Source: Candidatus Methylomirabilia bacterium (GTDB taxonomy: Bacteria; Methylomirabilota; Methylomirabilia; Rokubacteriales; CSP1-6). Taken from it: a stretch of 18,176 nucleotides of DNA. The notes under the pieces were generated by a model, which saw only the letters and a list, made by a program, of their open reading frames with translations, was not told the DNA's origin and searched no databases. Shown piece after piece: positions 1-7,809 of this stretch. Each line of letters starts with the position of its first letter. Within the stretch, counting starts at the first letter, position 1. Location of the stretch: the NCBI GenBank assembly GCA_046758965.1, contig JBHIBG010000052.1, positions 1 through 18,176 of the forward strand. Direction: 5' to 3'. The position numbers and the translations under genes are program-made.

Positions 1-1
1 C

Positions 2-262
2 GGGCCTCCGGGTGCGAATCTTCCCGAGGCCGGCTCTATGGAGGAATACCACTTTCCCGAAGGGATGCCGCACCGGACCGGCCAAGCGCGGCTTCGGGAG
101 CTCGCGGTCTTCGTACACCCCTCTTCCGACCACACCCTCGTAGTGAAAGGCCGGGTCCTGTTGCTCTCCCGGGAGGTCGCGCCGGACAGCCTGGTCGCGA
201 TAGGTGTTGCGCGGGAGTTCTGGTGGCAACGGAGTTGGGGGGAGTGGTGGCGGCGGCGTTGA
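2..262 (+). CDS. Hypothetical protein, possibly 5'-truncated by the window edge or degenerate; weak resemblance to a flavin-reductase-like C-terminus
   Basis: Frame is open from base 2 to TGA at 260-262 (ATG at 38). Third codon positions are mostly G/C. Segment VHPSSDHTLVVKGRV loosely resembles the GDHT-x-x-x-G-x-V motif. Confidence 0.3.
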   Translation, partial: GPPGANLPEAGSMEEYHFPEGMPHRTGQARLRELAVFVHPSSDHTLVVKGRVLLLSREVAPDSLVAIGVAREFWWQRSWGEWWRRR

Positions 263-401
263 CCATGCCGCCGGGCCCAGCGGGTGGCGTCGGGCACCCG
301 GATACCCGTCGAAGACGGAATGTATCCGGGTCAGGGGCTGCTCGCCGCGACAGCACCCGCGGGCCCGGTCGGCAACCCCTCTGACGAGTTTCGGATGCAG
401 A

Positions 402-1733
402 TTAGGAACTACGCGTGGCGGCGGCGATGGCGTCCCCGAGAAGCGAGCCGAGCTCGTCGATCTGCCCGCGCTCTACGATAAGGGGCGGGCCGATCATGAG
501 CAGGTCGGCGGCTCCGTCCGCCTGGCCGTCTAAGGCATAGACCACGAGCCCTCTCTGGAGCGCCTCCCGCTGGATCGACTGTGCCGTGCGCCGCTCGGGC
601 GGGTAGGGACGCTTGCTCTCCCGGTCCTGGACGATCTCCACCGCGGCCAGAAGGCCGAGGCCGCGGACGTCCCCGACCCCGGGGAGGTCCAGGAGCCTCA
701 GGAGCCGATCATGGAGGTAGGCCCCGAGGATACTGGCCTGCCCAACGAGCCGGTGCCCCTCCACGTACCGAAGCACCGCCAGGGCAGTGGCGGCGACCAG
801 CGGGTGGTGGCTGTACGTGAAGCCGTGGGGGAATCCGCCGCCGCCCCTGACGGTGTCGGCGATCTCGCCCTTCACCAGGAGGGCGCCGCCGGGCAGATAG
901 CCGCTGGTCAGCCCCTTTCCGGTCGTGATGATGTCCGGGCGTACATTCCAGTGCTCGATGGCAAACCACCGCCCCGTCCGCCCCATGCCGCACATCACCT
1001 CGTCGGCGATGAAGAGGACGCCGTGCCGATCGCAGATATCGCGTGTGATCCGGTAGTAGTCGGGCGGCGGCACGACCGCGCCGGCAGACGCTCCGATGAC
1101 CGGCTCGGCGATGAAGGCGGCGACCGTGTCCGGTCCTTCTTCGACGAGCTTCGCCTCCAGGGCCCGGCAGCATTCGAGTGAGCAGGCTGGACCGCAGCCG
1201 GGCAGAGCGCAGCGGTACGCGTAGGGGGCGGGGATGTGAGGCATGCCGACGAAGAGCGGAGCGAAGTTCGCGCGCAGGGCGGGGCGGCCCGAGATTGCCA
1301 GGGCGCCGAGGGTGGCGCCGTGGTAGGACGGCCAGCGAAAGATGACCTTGTGGCGCCGGGATTCGCCCCTTGCCAGGTGATACTGGCGAGCGAGTTTGAT
1401 GGCGGTTTCAGTCGCCTCAGAGCCGCCGGAGACCAGGTAGAGCCTGGCATCCTCCACGGGCGCTCGTCTTGCCAGCTCATCGGCCAGCGCCTCGAGCGCC
1501 GAGGTCGTGAACTGGGTGCCGTGGACGTAGGGACAGTGCCTGGCCTGCTCCCGGATCGCTTCGGTAATCTCGGGGACTCCGTGCCCGACCGTCACGACGA
1601 TGGCGCCGCCGGAGGCATCCAAGTATCGCCGGCCATCGGCATCGTAGAGATAGAGGCCCTCACCCCTGACGATCTCGGGGTACTCCCAACCCGAAAGCCT
1701 CCGCCGGAAGACGTGGCTCACGCGACTCCTCAC
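402..1733 (-). CDS. Class III PLP-dependent aminotransferase (omega-amino acid/BioA/YodT-like), 443 aa
   Basis: Motifs YLDASGG, SGGSEATETAIKLARQY, SYHGATLGAL, FIADEVMCGMGRTG, TGKGLTSGY (PLP lysine), HGFTYSHHP. GTG start overlaps the upstream TGA (GTGA coupling, 1730-1733). Confidence 0.95.
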   Translation of the reverse strand: MRSRVSHVFRRRLSGWEYPEIVRGEGLYLYDADGRRYLDASGGAIVVTVGHGVPEITEAIREQARHCPYVHGTQFTTSALEALADELARRAPVEDARLYLVSGGSEATETAIKLARQYHLARGESRRHKVIFRWPSYHGATLGALAISGRPALRANFAPLFVGMPHIPAPYAYRCALPGCGPACSLECCRALEAKLVEEGPDTVAAFIAEPVIGASAGAVVPPPDYYRITRDICDRHGVLFIADEVMCGMGRTGRWFAIEHWNVRPDIITTGKGLTSGYLPGGALLVKGEIADTVRGGGGFPHGFTYSHHPLVAATALAVLRYVEGHRLVGQASILGAYLHDRLLRLLDLPGVGDVRGLGLLAAVEIVQDRESKRPYPPERRTAQSIQREALQRGLVVYALDGQADGAADLLMIGPPLIVERGQIDELGSLLGDAIAAATRSS

Positions 1734-2908
1734 AACGGCAGATACGAGCTCACCAACCTGCCGGCGGGAACGCGGGCCGCGGCGAACCGGTTGAGGCGGA
1801 ACGGGTTGCGGTTGATGGTCGTCCGGCCATCGGCGATCAGCTCGGCCATGAGCTCTCCCACCGCGGGCGCCAGCTTGAAGCCGTGGCCGCTCATCCCGGC
1901 GGCAATGTAGAACCCCCGGAGCGGGGACTCGTCCAGGATCGGCATCCAGTCAGGGGTGATGTCGAAGGCCCCGGCATAGCCGCGCTGATACTCCCCGTCG
2001 ACGAGAGGGGGCAGGGCCTGGCTGGTCCGCTCGAGGGCGAGGGCTGCCTCCTCGAACTCCACCTCGCTTCCCAGGAGCTCCGGGTCCATGGGATGCTGGG
2101 TTTCGTCCTCGGTCAGGGAGCCGGTCAGGGTGAGGTTGCCGGTCTCCGGCCTGGCGTAGGCGCCTCCCGCCAGGTCCAGATACACGGGGTGGGGAGGCCC
2201 GAACGTGGCCGGGCGCTTGACGGCGAAGACCGGGTGGCGCCCGACCACGATGGGGAGTTCCACGTGGGCCAGTCGCGCCACGGCCGAGGCCCAGAGCCCC
2301 GCGGCGTTCACGATCACCGGAGTGTCGATGGTCTCCCCGGAGGCGAGGGTGATGCCGAGGATCCGGTCGCCCGCCTCCCGGATCTCGGTGGCCTCGGCGC
2401 CCTGCTCGACAGTGACTCCACGATCCCTCGCGGCTGTCGCGTAGCCCAGGGTCACACCTGTGGGATCGCCGTAGCCCGAGTCAGGCTCGTAGACAAACCC
2501 GCTCAACCTTTCGGGGTTGATGCGCGGCTCGACCTTCAGCGCTTCCTCGGGGTTCAGGAGCTCGGCCCTGATCCCGAGTGCCTCCCGGATCTGCATGCCC
2601 TTCCTGAGAGCGGGAAGCATCGCCTCAGAGAGCCCGATCAAGGCCCCGCACCGGACGTACCCGGACTCGCCCCCGACGAGTTCCGTGAAGCCCTGGAAGA
2701 TCCTCAACGACCTGACGACCATCTGGCTGGCTTCCCGGGTGGGGTAGAGCTGTCGGATGATCCCGACCGAGCGCCCGGTGCCTCCCGAGGCGAGGAACCG
2801 CTTCTCCAGCACCACGACCTGTGTGATCCCGCGCTCGGCGAGGTGGTAGGCGAGGCTCGCCCCCGTGACCCCACCGCCGATTATGACCACGTCCGCCGTC
2901 CGCGCCAC
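1730..2908 (-). CDS. FAD-dependent oxidoreductase, DAO/sarcosine oxidase beta/dye-linked proline dehydrogenase family, 392 aa
   Basis: N-terminal Rossmann motif VVIIGGGVTG, GTGRSVG, VNAAGLWA, DITPDWMPIL, GMSGHGFKLAPAVGELMAELI. GTG start 3 bp after the upstream stop. Confidence 0.93.
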   Translation of the reverse strand: MARTADVVIIGGGVTGASLAYHLAERGITQVVVLEKRFLASGGTGRSVGIIRQLYPTREASQMVVRSLRIFQGFTELVGGESGYVRCGALIGLSEAMLPALRKGMQIREALGIRAELLNPEEALKVEPRINPERLSGFVYEPDSGYGDPTGVTLGYATAARDRGVTVEQGAEATEIREAGDRILGITLASGETIDTPVIVNAAGLWASAVARLAHVELPIVVGRHPVFAVKRPATFGPPHPVYLDLAGGAYARPETGNLTLTGSLTEDETQHPMDPELLGSEVEFEEAALALERTSQALPPLVDGEYQRGYAGAFDITPDWMPILDESPLRGFYIAAGMSGHGFKLAPAVGELMAELIADGRTTINRNPFRLNRFAAARVPAGRLVSSYLPL

Positions 2909-2911
2909 CGA

Positions 2912-3886
2912 CTACTCCAGGGAGATGCGCCGGCCGATTCTCGCGGCCAGCGCCCGATCGTAGGCCAGGCGCGCGGTCACCGCATCTTCCAGGGCGAAGC
3001 CCACCGACTTGAAGAGGGTAATCTCCTCCCGGCTCGTGCGTCCGGGCCTGGCGCCGGTCACCAGCTCTGCCAGCTCAGCGGTCACGTGCCCCAAGGTGAT
3101 CGCGCCTTCCTGGATCGGAATCAGGAGATCGCCTGCCTCCGCCTGCGCTCCGGCGTAGGTATCCACGAACACGCGAGCCCGCTTCACGGTCTCGGTGTCC
3201 ACCTCCCGGGTCTCGGGCCGAAAGGCGCCGACGGCATCAATGTGGGTGCCCGGTCTCAGATCCTTTCCCTCGAAGAGCGGGGTGGGGGAGGTCGTGGCAC
3301 AGGTGACCAGGTCGGCCTGGTCGACCGCCTCCCGGGCGCTCGGGGCGAGTTCGACCGGAACGCCGAGCTGCTCGGCCATGCTCTCCGAAAACGCTCGGGC
3401 CCGCTCGGGAGTTCGTCCCACCACGAGCACTCGTCCCAGCGTCAGGACCACGGCCAAGGATCTCAGCTGTAAGCCGGCCTGGAAGCCTGCCCCGAAGCAG
3501 GCGACGACGCGTGACTCGCGCCGCGCCAGAACTCGCGCCGCAAGAGCCGATACGGCCCCGGTGCGGATTCCGGTCAGGAAGCCGCCCTCCATCAGGGCCA
3601 GTGGGGCCCCGGTGTCGAGCTCCAGCAGGAGGTAGGAGGCGTAAAGCGTCGGCAGTCCGCGCTCGCGGTTTCGGTGGTAGACCGTGATCAGCTTGCTGCC
3701 GAGGGCGCGGGATTCCAGGAGGGCGGAGGGCATCACCAGGAGGAGCCCGTCGGGGAGGACGGTCCCTTGACGCGGGAGCATCCGGAAGGATCCGCTGGCG
3801 TACTGGCGGAAGGCTGACTCGACGGCCGGGATGACCTCGGCTGGGGTGAGCAGGCGCGCCAGATCCCGCCGACTCAGCACGAGCAT
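2912..3886 (-). CDS. Ornithine cyclodeaminase/mu-crystallin family protein (NAD(P)-binding cyclodeaminase or imine reductase), 324 aa
   Basis: Motifs LTGIRTGAVSALAA, GAGFQA, CATTS, GTHIDAVGA, ITLFKSVGFALED. Confidence 0.95.
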   Translation of the reverse strand: MLVLSRRDLARLLTPAEVIPAVESAFRQYASGSFRMLPRQGTVLPDGLLLVMPSALLESRALGSKLITVYHRNRERGLPTLYASYLLLELDTGAPLALMEGGFLTGIRTGAVSALAARVLARRESRVVACFGAGFQAGLQLRSLAVVLTLGRVLVVGRTPERARAFSESMAEQLGVPVELAPSAREAVDQADLVTCATTSPTPLFEGKDLRPGTHIDAVGAFRPETREVDTETVKRARVFVDTYAGAQAEAGDLLIPIQEGAITLGHVTAELAELVTGARPGRTSREEITLFKSVGFALEDAVTARLAYDRALAARIGRRISLE

Positions 3887-3895
3887 CCGGAAGCT

Positions 3896-4600
3896 CTACT
3901 TTTCGCCCAGGTAGGACTTCCTGACCAAGTCGCTCTTGAGGAGGTCCCTGGCTGAGTCATGGAGGACGATCTGGCCCGTCTGGATGACGTATCCCCGATG
4001 CGCGACCCTCAGGGCCATGCGGGCGTTCTGCTCCACCAGAAGGATGGTGGTCCCCTGAACATTGATGTTCTGGATGGTCTCGAAGATGGTCTCCACCAGG
4101 ATCGGGGAGAGGCCCATGGAGGGCTCATCGAGGAGGAGCACCTTGGGACGGGCCATGAGCGCCCGCCCCATCGCCAGCATCTGTTGCTCTCCCCCTGAGA
4201 GCGTCCCCGCGACCTGACCGAGGCGCTCTTTGAGGCGGGGGAAGAGGGCGAAGGCCCGCTCCATGTCCCGCTGGACCTCGTGGTCCGTCCGGATGAAGGC
4301 ACCCATCTCGAGATTTTCGAGGACCGTCATGCGAGGGAAAATGCGGCGCCCCTCCGGGGACTGGGCGATGCCGAGGCGGACGACCCGGTCCGGGGGAAGC
4401 CCGTCAATACGTTGGCCACTCAGGGCGATGGTTCCCTGGCGGGGCTTGAGGAGCCCGATGATGGTCTTCAGCGTGGTGGTCTTGCCGGCACCGTTGGCTC
4501 CGATGAGGGTGACAATCTCCCCCCCCTTGACCTCGAAGGAGATCCCTCGGAGGGCTCGGATGCTCCCGTAATAGGTGTGGATGTCGTGGAGCTCAAGCAC
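3896..4600 (-). CDS. livF: Branched-chain amino acid-type (HAAT) ABC transporter ATP-binding subunit, LivF-like
   Basis: Walker A GANGAGKTT, SPEGRRIF, signature LSGGEQQ, Walker B LLLDEPSMGL, LVEQN. GTG start overlaps the livG end by 8 bp. Confidence 0.96.
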   Translation of the reverse strand: MLELHDIHTYYGSIRALRGISFEVKGGEIVTLIGANGAGKTTTLKTIIGLLKPRQGTIALSGQRIDGLPPDRVVRLGIAQSPEGRRIFPRMTVLENLEMGAFIRTDHEVQRDMERAFALFPRLKERLGQVAGTLSGGEQQMLAMGRALMARPKVLLLDEPSMGLSPILVETIFETIQNINVQGTTILLVEQNARMALRVAHRGYVIQTGQIVLHDSARDLLKSDLVRKSYLGEK

Positions 4601-5381
4601 CGGTCAGCTCCTGCTCGTAGCCCTTGCCCAGGTAGGCTTCGATGACCTTGGGGTCCTTCTGGACCTCCGCCGGAGGGCCCTCGGCGATCTTCACGCCGTA
4701 GTCCAGGACGGTCACCCGGTCCGAGATTCCCATGACGACCTCCATCCGGTGCTCGATGAGGAGGATCGTGAGGCCCAGCTCGCGGCGGAGCCGGCCGATG
4801 AACTCGGTGAGCTCTTCGGCCTCCATCGGATTCATCCCGGCCGTGGGCTCGTCCAGGAGGAGGAGCTTGGGCTCTGTCGCCAGCGCCCGCGCGATCTCCA
4901 ACCGCCGCTGATCTCCGTAGGGGAAGTGCCTGGCCAGGGTGTCCTGGCGCCCTGCGAGGCCGACGTACTCCAAGAGTTCGAGCGCACGGGCTTTGGCCCG
5001 CTTCTCCTCCTTCACCACCCACGGGGGGCGGAAGATCGCGCCGGCCCACGTGGTGCCGAGCCGGCAGTTCATTCCGACCCTGACGTTGTCTAGGGCCGTC
5101 ATGTTGGTGAAGAGCCTGATGGTCTGGAAGGTCCGGGCGATGCCCAGGGCCGTCACGTGATGCGGCCTGAGCGGGCCGATGTCGCGGCCGTTGAAGCGGA
5201 TCAGCCCGGTGGAGGGCTTGAACAGGCCGGTCACCATGTTGAAGAACGTGGTCTTCCCCGCCCCGTTGGGGCCGATGAGGCCGGCGATCATTCCCCGGTC
5301 GATCGTGAAGTCCAGCTCGTTGACAGCGACCAGGCCGCCGAAGCTCTTGGTGACCTTCTCGCCTTCCAGCAGGGCCGCCAT
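4593..5381 (-). CDS. livG: HAAT ABC transporter ATP-binding subunit, LivG-like
   Basis: KSFGGLVAV, GPNGAGKTT, ARTFQ, PYGDQRRLEIARAL, LLLDEPTAG, LIEH, VIEAYLG. Confidence 0.96.
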   Translation of the reverse strand: MAALLEGEKVTKSFGGLVAVNELDFTIDRGMIAGLIGPNGAGKTTFFNMVTGLFKPSTGLIRFNGRDIGPLRPHHVTALGIARTFQTIRLFTNMTALDNVRVGMNCRLGTTWAGAIFRPPWVVKEEKRAKARALELLEYVGLAGRQDTLARHFPYGDQRRLEIARALATEPKLLLLDEPTAGMNPMEAEELTEFIGRLRRELGLTILLIEHRMEVVMGISDRVTVLDYGVKIAEGPPAEVQKDPKVIEAYLGKGYEQELTGA

Positions 5382-5383
5382 GG

Positions 5384-6568
5384 CTACGAGGCCTCCTCGG
5401 GTTGCTCCTCGCCCGCGTGCAGCTCAGCGGCTCGCTGCGCGCTGGGGAAGAGCCCCTCCGGTCGGAACACCATGACTACGATCAGGGTTGACCCGAAAAA
5501 CAGCCAGCGCCAGAGCTGAAGGTCTACCCGCTGGAGGTATGGGATGTGCAGCAGCTCGCCAACTCCCTGGACCATCTGGGTGGACTGGGCCAGGACCACC
5601 CGGTCGAAGAACATGATGAAGATGCCGCCGATGATGACTCCCTTGATATTTCCCATCCCCCCCAGGATCACCATGCAGAGGAGGATGACGGAGACCTGGA
5701 AGCGGAAGAGCTCGGGGAAGATAGCCTGGAGCTTCGCCGCGTAGATGGCTCCCGCAAAGCTGGAGAAGGAGGCGCCGAGGGCGAAGGCGAGGAGCTTGGT
5801 TCGGATGGGGTCCACGCCCATGCACGAGGCCGCGGTCTCGTCCTCCCGGATAGCCATCCAGGCTCGGCCGAGGCGCGAGTCCTCCAGCCGGCGGCTTCCG
5901 AATACGACGAATACGCCGACAGCCAGGATGAGGAAGTACCACGGCGTGGGCTCAAAGCCGAACTCGTAGCCGAACAGGTGGGGGCGCCCCACCGGGTTGA
6001 GGCCCTGGATCCCGTTGGTGAGGTTGAAGTGCTCCACGAGGACAAACGGGCCGATCTTGATGGTCACGTCAAAGAGGTTCCGCATCGTGAGCGGAATGAT
6101 CTCGCCGAAGGCGAGGGTGATGATCGCCAGGTAGTCTCCCCGGACGCGGAGGGTGGGGGCCCCGATGAGGATGCCGAAGAGGGCGGCGATGGGAATCCCG
6201 ACGAGCATGGCCAGCCAGAAGTCGAGCTCGATGCCGTGGGGGGGCCAGGTGAGAACCCCGGTCGCGTAGGCCCCGATGGCGAAGAAGGCCGCATAGCCGA
6301 GGTCCAGCAGCCCGGCGTACCCGACCACCATGTTGAGACCGAGCGCCAGGATGACGAAGATGGAGGCATCCGTGAAGGCATTGAGAGTCTGGAGACGGAA
6401 GGCCGTGTCGAGGAACGGGTAGGCAAGAAGGGCAACAGTGAGGACGGTCCAGCTGACAGTCCGTCGGACCGCCACGGGAAGCGCGGCCCACCCGGTGAGG
6501 TGCCCGATTCGACCTGAGACCCCAGTCCGCCTCCGGCGCGTGGTCTCGGCTTTTGCGGGCTGATCCAT
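5384..6568 (-). CDS. livM: HAAT ABC transporter permease, LivM-like
   Basis: GLNMVVGYAGLLDLGYAAFFAIGAY, LRVRGDYLAIITLAFGEI, SRLGRAWMAIREDE, VILGGMG; many hydrophobic helices. Confidence 0.95.
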   Translation of the reverse strand: MDQPAKAETTRRRRTGVSGRIGHLTGWAALPVAVRRTVSWTVLTVALLAYPFLDTAFRLQTLNAFTDASIFVILALGLNMVVGYAGLLDLGYAAFFAIGAYATGVLTWPPHGIELDFWLAMLVGIPIAALFGILIGAPTLRVRGDYLAIITLAFGEIIPLTMRNLFDVTIKIGPFVLVEHFNLTNGIQGLNPVGRPHLFGYEFGFEPTPWYFLILAVGVFVVFGSRRLEDSRLGRAWMAIREDETAASCMGVDPIRTKLLAFALGASFSSFAGAIYAAKLQAIFPELFRFQVSVILLCMVILGGMGNIKGVIIGGIFIMFFDRVVLAQSTQMVQGVGELLHIPYLQRVDLQLWRWLFFGSTLIVVMVFRPEGLFPSAQRAAELHAGEEQPEEAS

Positions 6569-6638
6569 TGGGTAGGTGTCCTAGGTTGCGTCTTCTCGCG
6601 AATTCTGCAGGGATCTGTTGAGTCTTCGCAGGCCAGCA

Positions 6639-6810
6639 CTTGCGCCGTGCCGAGAACCGAGCAGATCAAGGACGCAGGGAGGAGCCGACCGGAGGCGTAC
6701 TCCCCGTACGTTGAGGATCGGCGACGACCGCCCGATGACCAACGGCCGAAGGCCATCCTTGGCGGGCACCCACGAAGTGGGTCGTGCGATGGTTATCGGC
6801 ACGGCGCTAG
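6639..6810. mobile_element. MITE-like non-autonomous element (172 bp) with 20-bp imperfect terminal inverted repeats
   Basis: 6639-6658 CTTGCGCCGTGCCGAGAACC matches the reverse complement of 6791-6810 (CTAGCGCCGTGCCGATAACC) at 18/20. It sits in an anomalous 238-bp gap in an otherwise tightly coupled operon, its interior is full of short hairpins, and it has no transposase. Confidence 0.72.
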
Positions 6811-7757
6811 AACTTCTCGGGGGGCTTCTCCCCCATGATCCCCCAGGGCCGGAACACCAGCGTGAGGATCAGCATCGAGAAGACCACGACCCGGGTCCAC
6901 GCGGAGGAGAGGTACTGGTCGCTGAAGGCCGAGAGGAAGCCGATGAAGTAGCCTCCGATGAGCGCTCCCGGGATGTTTCCGATCCCCCCGAGGACTGCAG
7001 CGGTGAAGGCCTTGAGCCCCGCGTCGAACCCCATGAAGTAGCGGCCCGAGTTCAGGTACATCCCAACCACCATCCCCGCCGCTCCCGCGAGAGCCCCGCC
7101 GATGAAGAAGGTGCTCATGATGACCCGCTCGACGTTCACCCCCATGATGGCGGCCGCCTCACGGTCCTGGGCCACGGCGCGGATGGCCTTGCCCATCTTC
7201 GTCTTCTGGATAAAGACCATGAGGCCGATGAGGAGGGGCACGACCGTGGAGAAGAGGAAGACATCCTTGGTGGTGAATAGGATGAAAGTCTCCTCGCCGA
7301 GGGCGTACTGCGCCAGGTTGATGGTGGGGAAGATGTTGGGGTAGAGGATCTGGGTGGGGCCGTACCAGTTCTGCATGATGTTCTCGAGGACGAAGGCGGC
7401 TCCGATGGCGGTGATGAAGGCGGCGACTCGGGGCGAGTTGCGCAGCGGCTTATAGGCGATCCGGTCGATCGTGGCGTTCAGGACCCCGCAGCAGACCATG
7501 GTGATCCCCATGACCACCGGGATCATCCATACCAGGTGGTACCAGGCGAGGGAGACGATGAGGGACTGGGGGACGTTCAGCCAGATGAGGAGCGTCAGGG
7601 AGATGTAGAAGCCCATGGCAAAGACGTCGCCGTGGGCAAAGTTGATCAGCTCGATGAGGCCATAGACCATCGTGTAGCCGAGGGCGATGACAGCTAGGTA
7701 GGAGCCGGTGGTGAGGCCGTTGATGAGCTGCTGGAGGAGGATTTCGGTGCCGGTCAT
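6807..7757 (-). CDS. livH: HAAT ABC transporter permease, LivH-like
   Basis: QQLINGLTTGS, ALGYTMVYG, INFAHGD, GKAIRAVAQDREAAAIMGVN, KAFTAAVLGGIGNIPGA, RPWGIMG. Confidence 0.96.
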   Translation of the reverse strand: MTGTEILLQQLINGLTTGSYLAVIALGYTMVYGLIELINFAHGDVFAMGFYISLTLLIWLNVPQSLIVSLAWYHLVWMIPVVMGITMVCCGVLNATIDRIAYKPLRNSPRVAAFITAIGAAFVLENIMQNWYGPTQILYPNIFPTINLAQYALGEETFILFTTKDVFLFSTVVPLLIGLMVFIQKTKMGKAIRAVAQDREAAAIMGVNVERVIMSTFFIGGALAGAAGMVVGMYLNSGRYFMGFDAGLKAFTAAVLGGIGNIPGALIGGYFIGFLSAFSDQYLSSAWTRVVVFSMLILTLVFRPWGIMGEKPPEKF

Positions 7758-7766
7758 GAGAGGAAA

Positions 7767-7800
7767 CGGAGGGGGGCCGGACTTGGTCCGGCCCCCCCCG
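7767..7800 (-). terminator. Intercistronic GC-rich stem-loop after the binding-protein gene (partial terminator or mRNA stabiliser)
   Basis: Perfect 12-bp stem GGGGGGCCGGAC-ttg-GTCCGGCCCCCC (7771-7797), extendable by CGG/CCG; followed on the minus strand by TTTCCTCTC and then the livH ATG. Confidence 0.6.
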
Positions 7801-7809
7801 GAGGGTCAG

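Noticed and set aside
260..262. Selenocysteine read-through of the in-frame TGA
   Set aside because: No selenoprotein-like context or recognisable SECIS hairpin, and the extended frame would overlap the aminotransferase gene.
1883..3472. 529-aa plus-strand ORF
   Set aside because: Antisense shadow of the oxidoreductase and cyclodeaminase genes; Arg/Gly/Pro-rich with no motifs, as expected in high-GC DNA.
6581..6802. 73-aa ORF filling the livH-livM gap
   Set aside because: Runs through the inverted-repeat element, has no RBS or family motif, and is better explained as non-coding mobile DNA.
5546..7280. 323-aa and 220-aa plus-strand ORFs
   Set aside because: Antisense to livM/livH; their composition mirrors hydrophobic codons on the coding strand.
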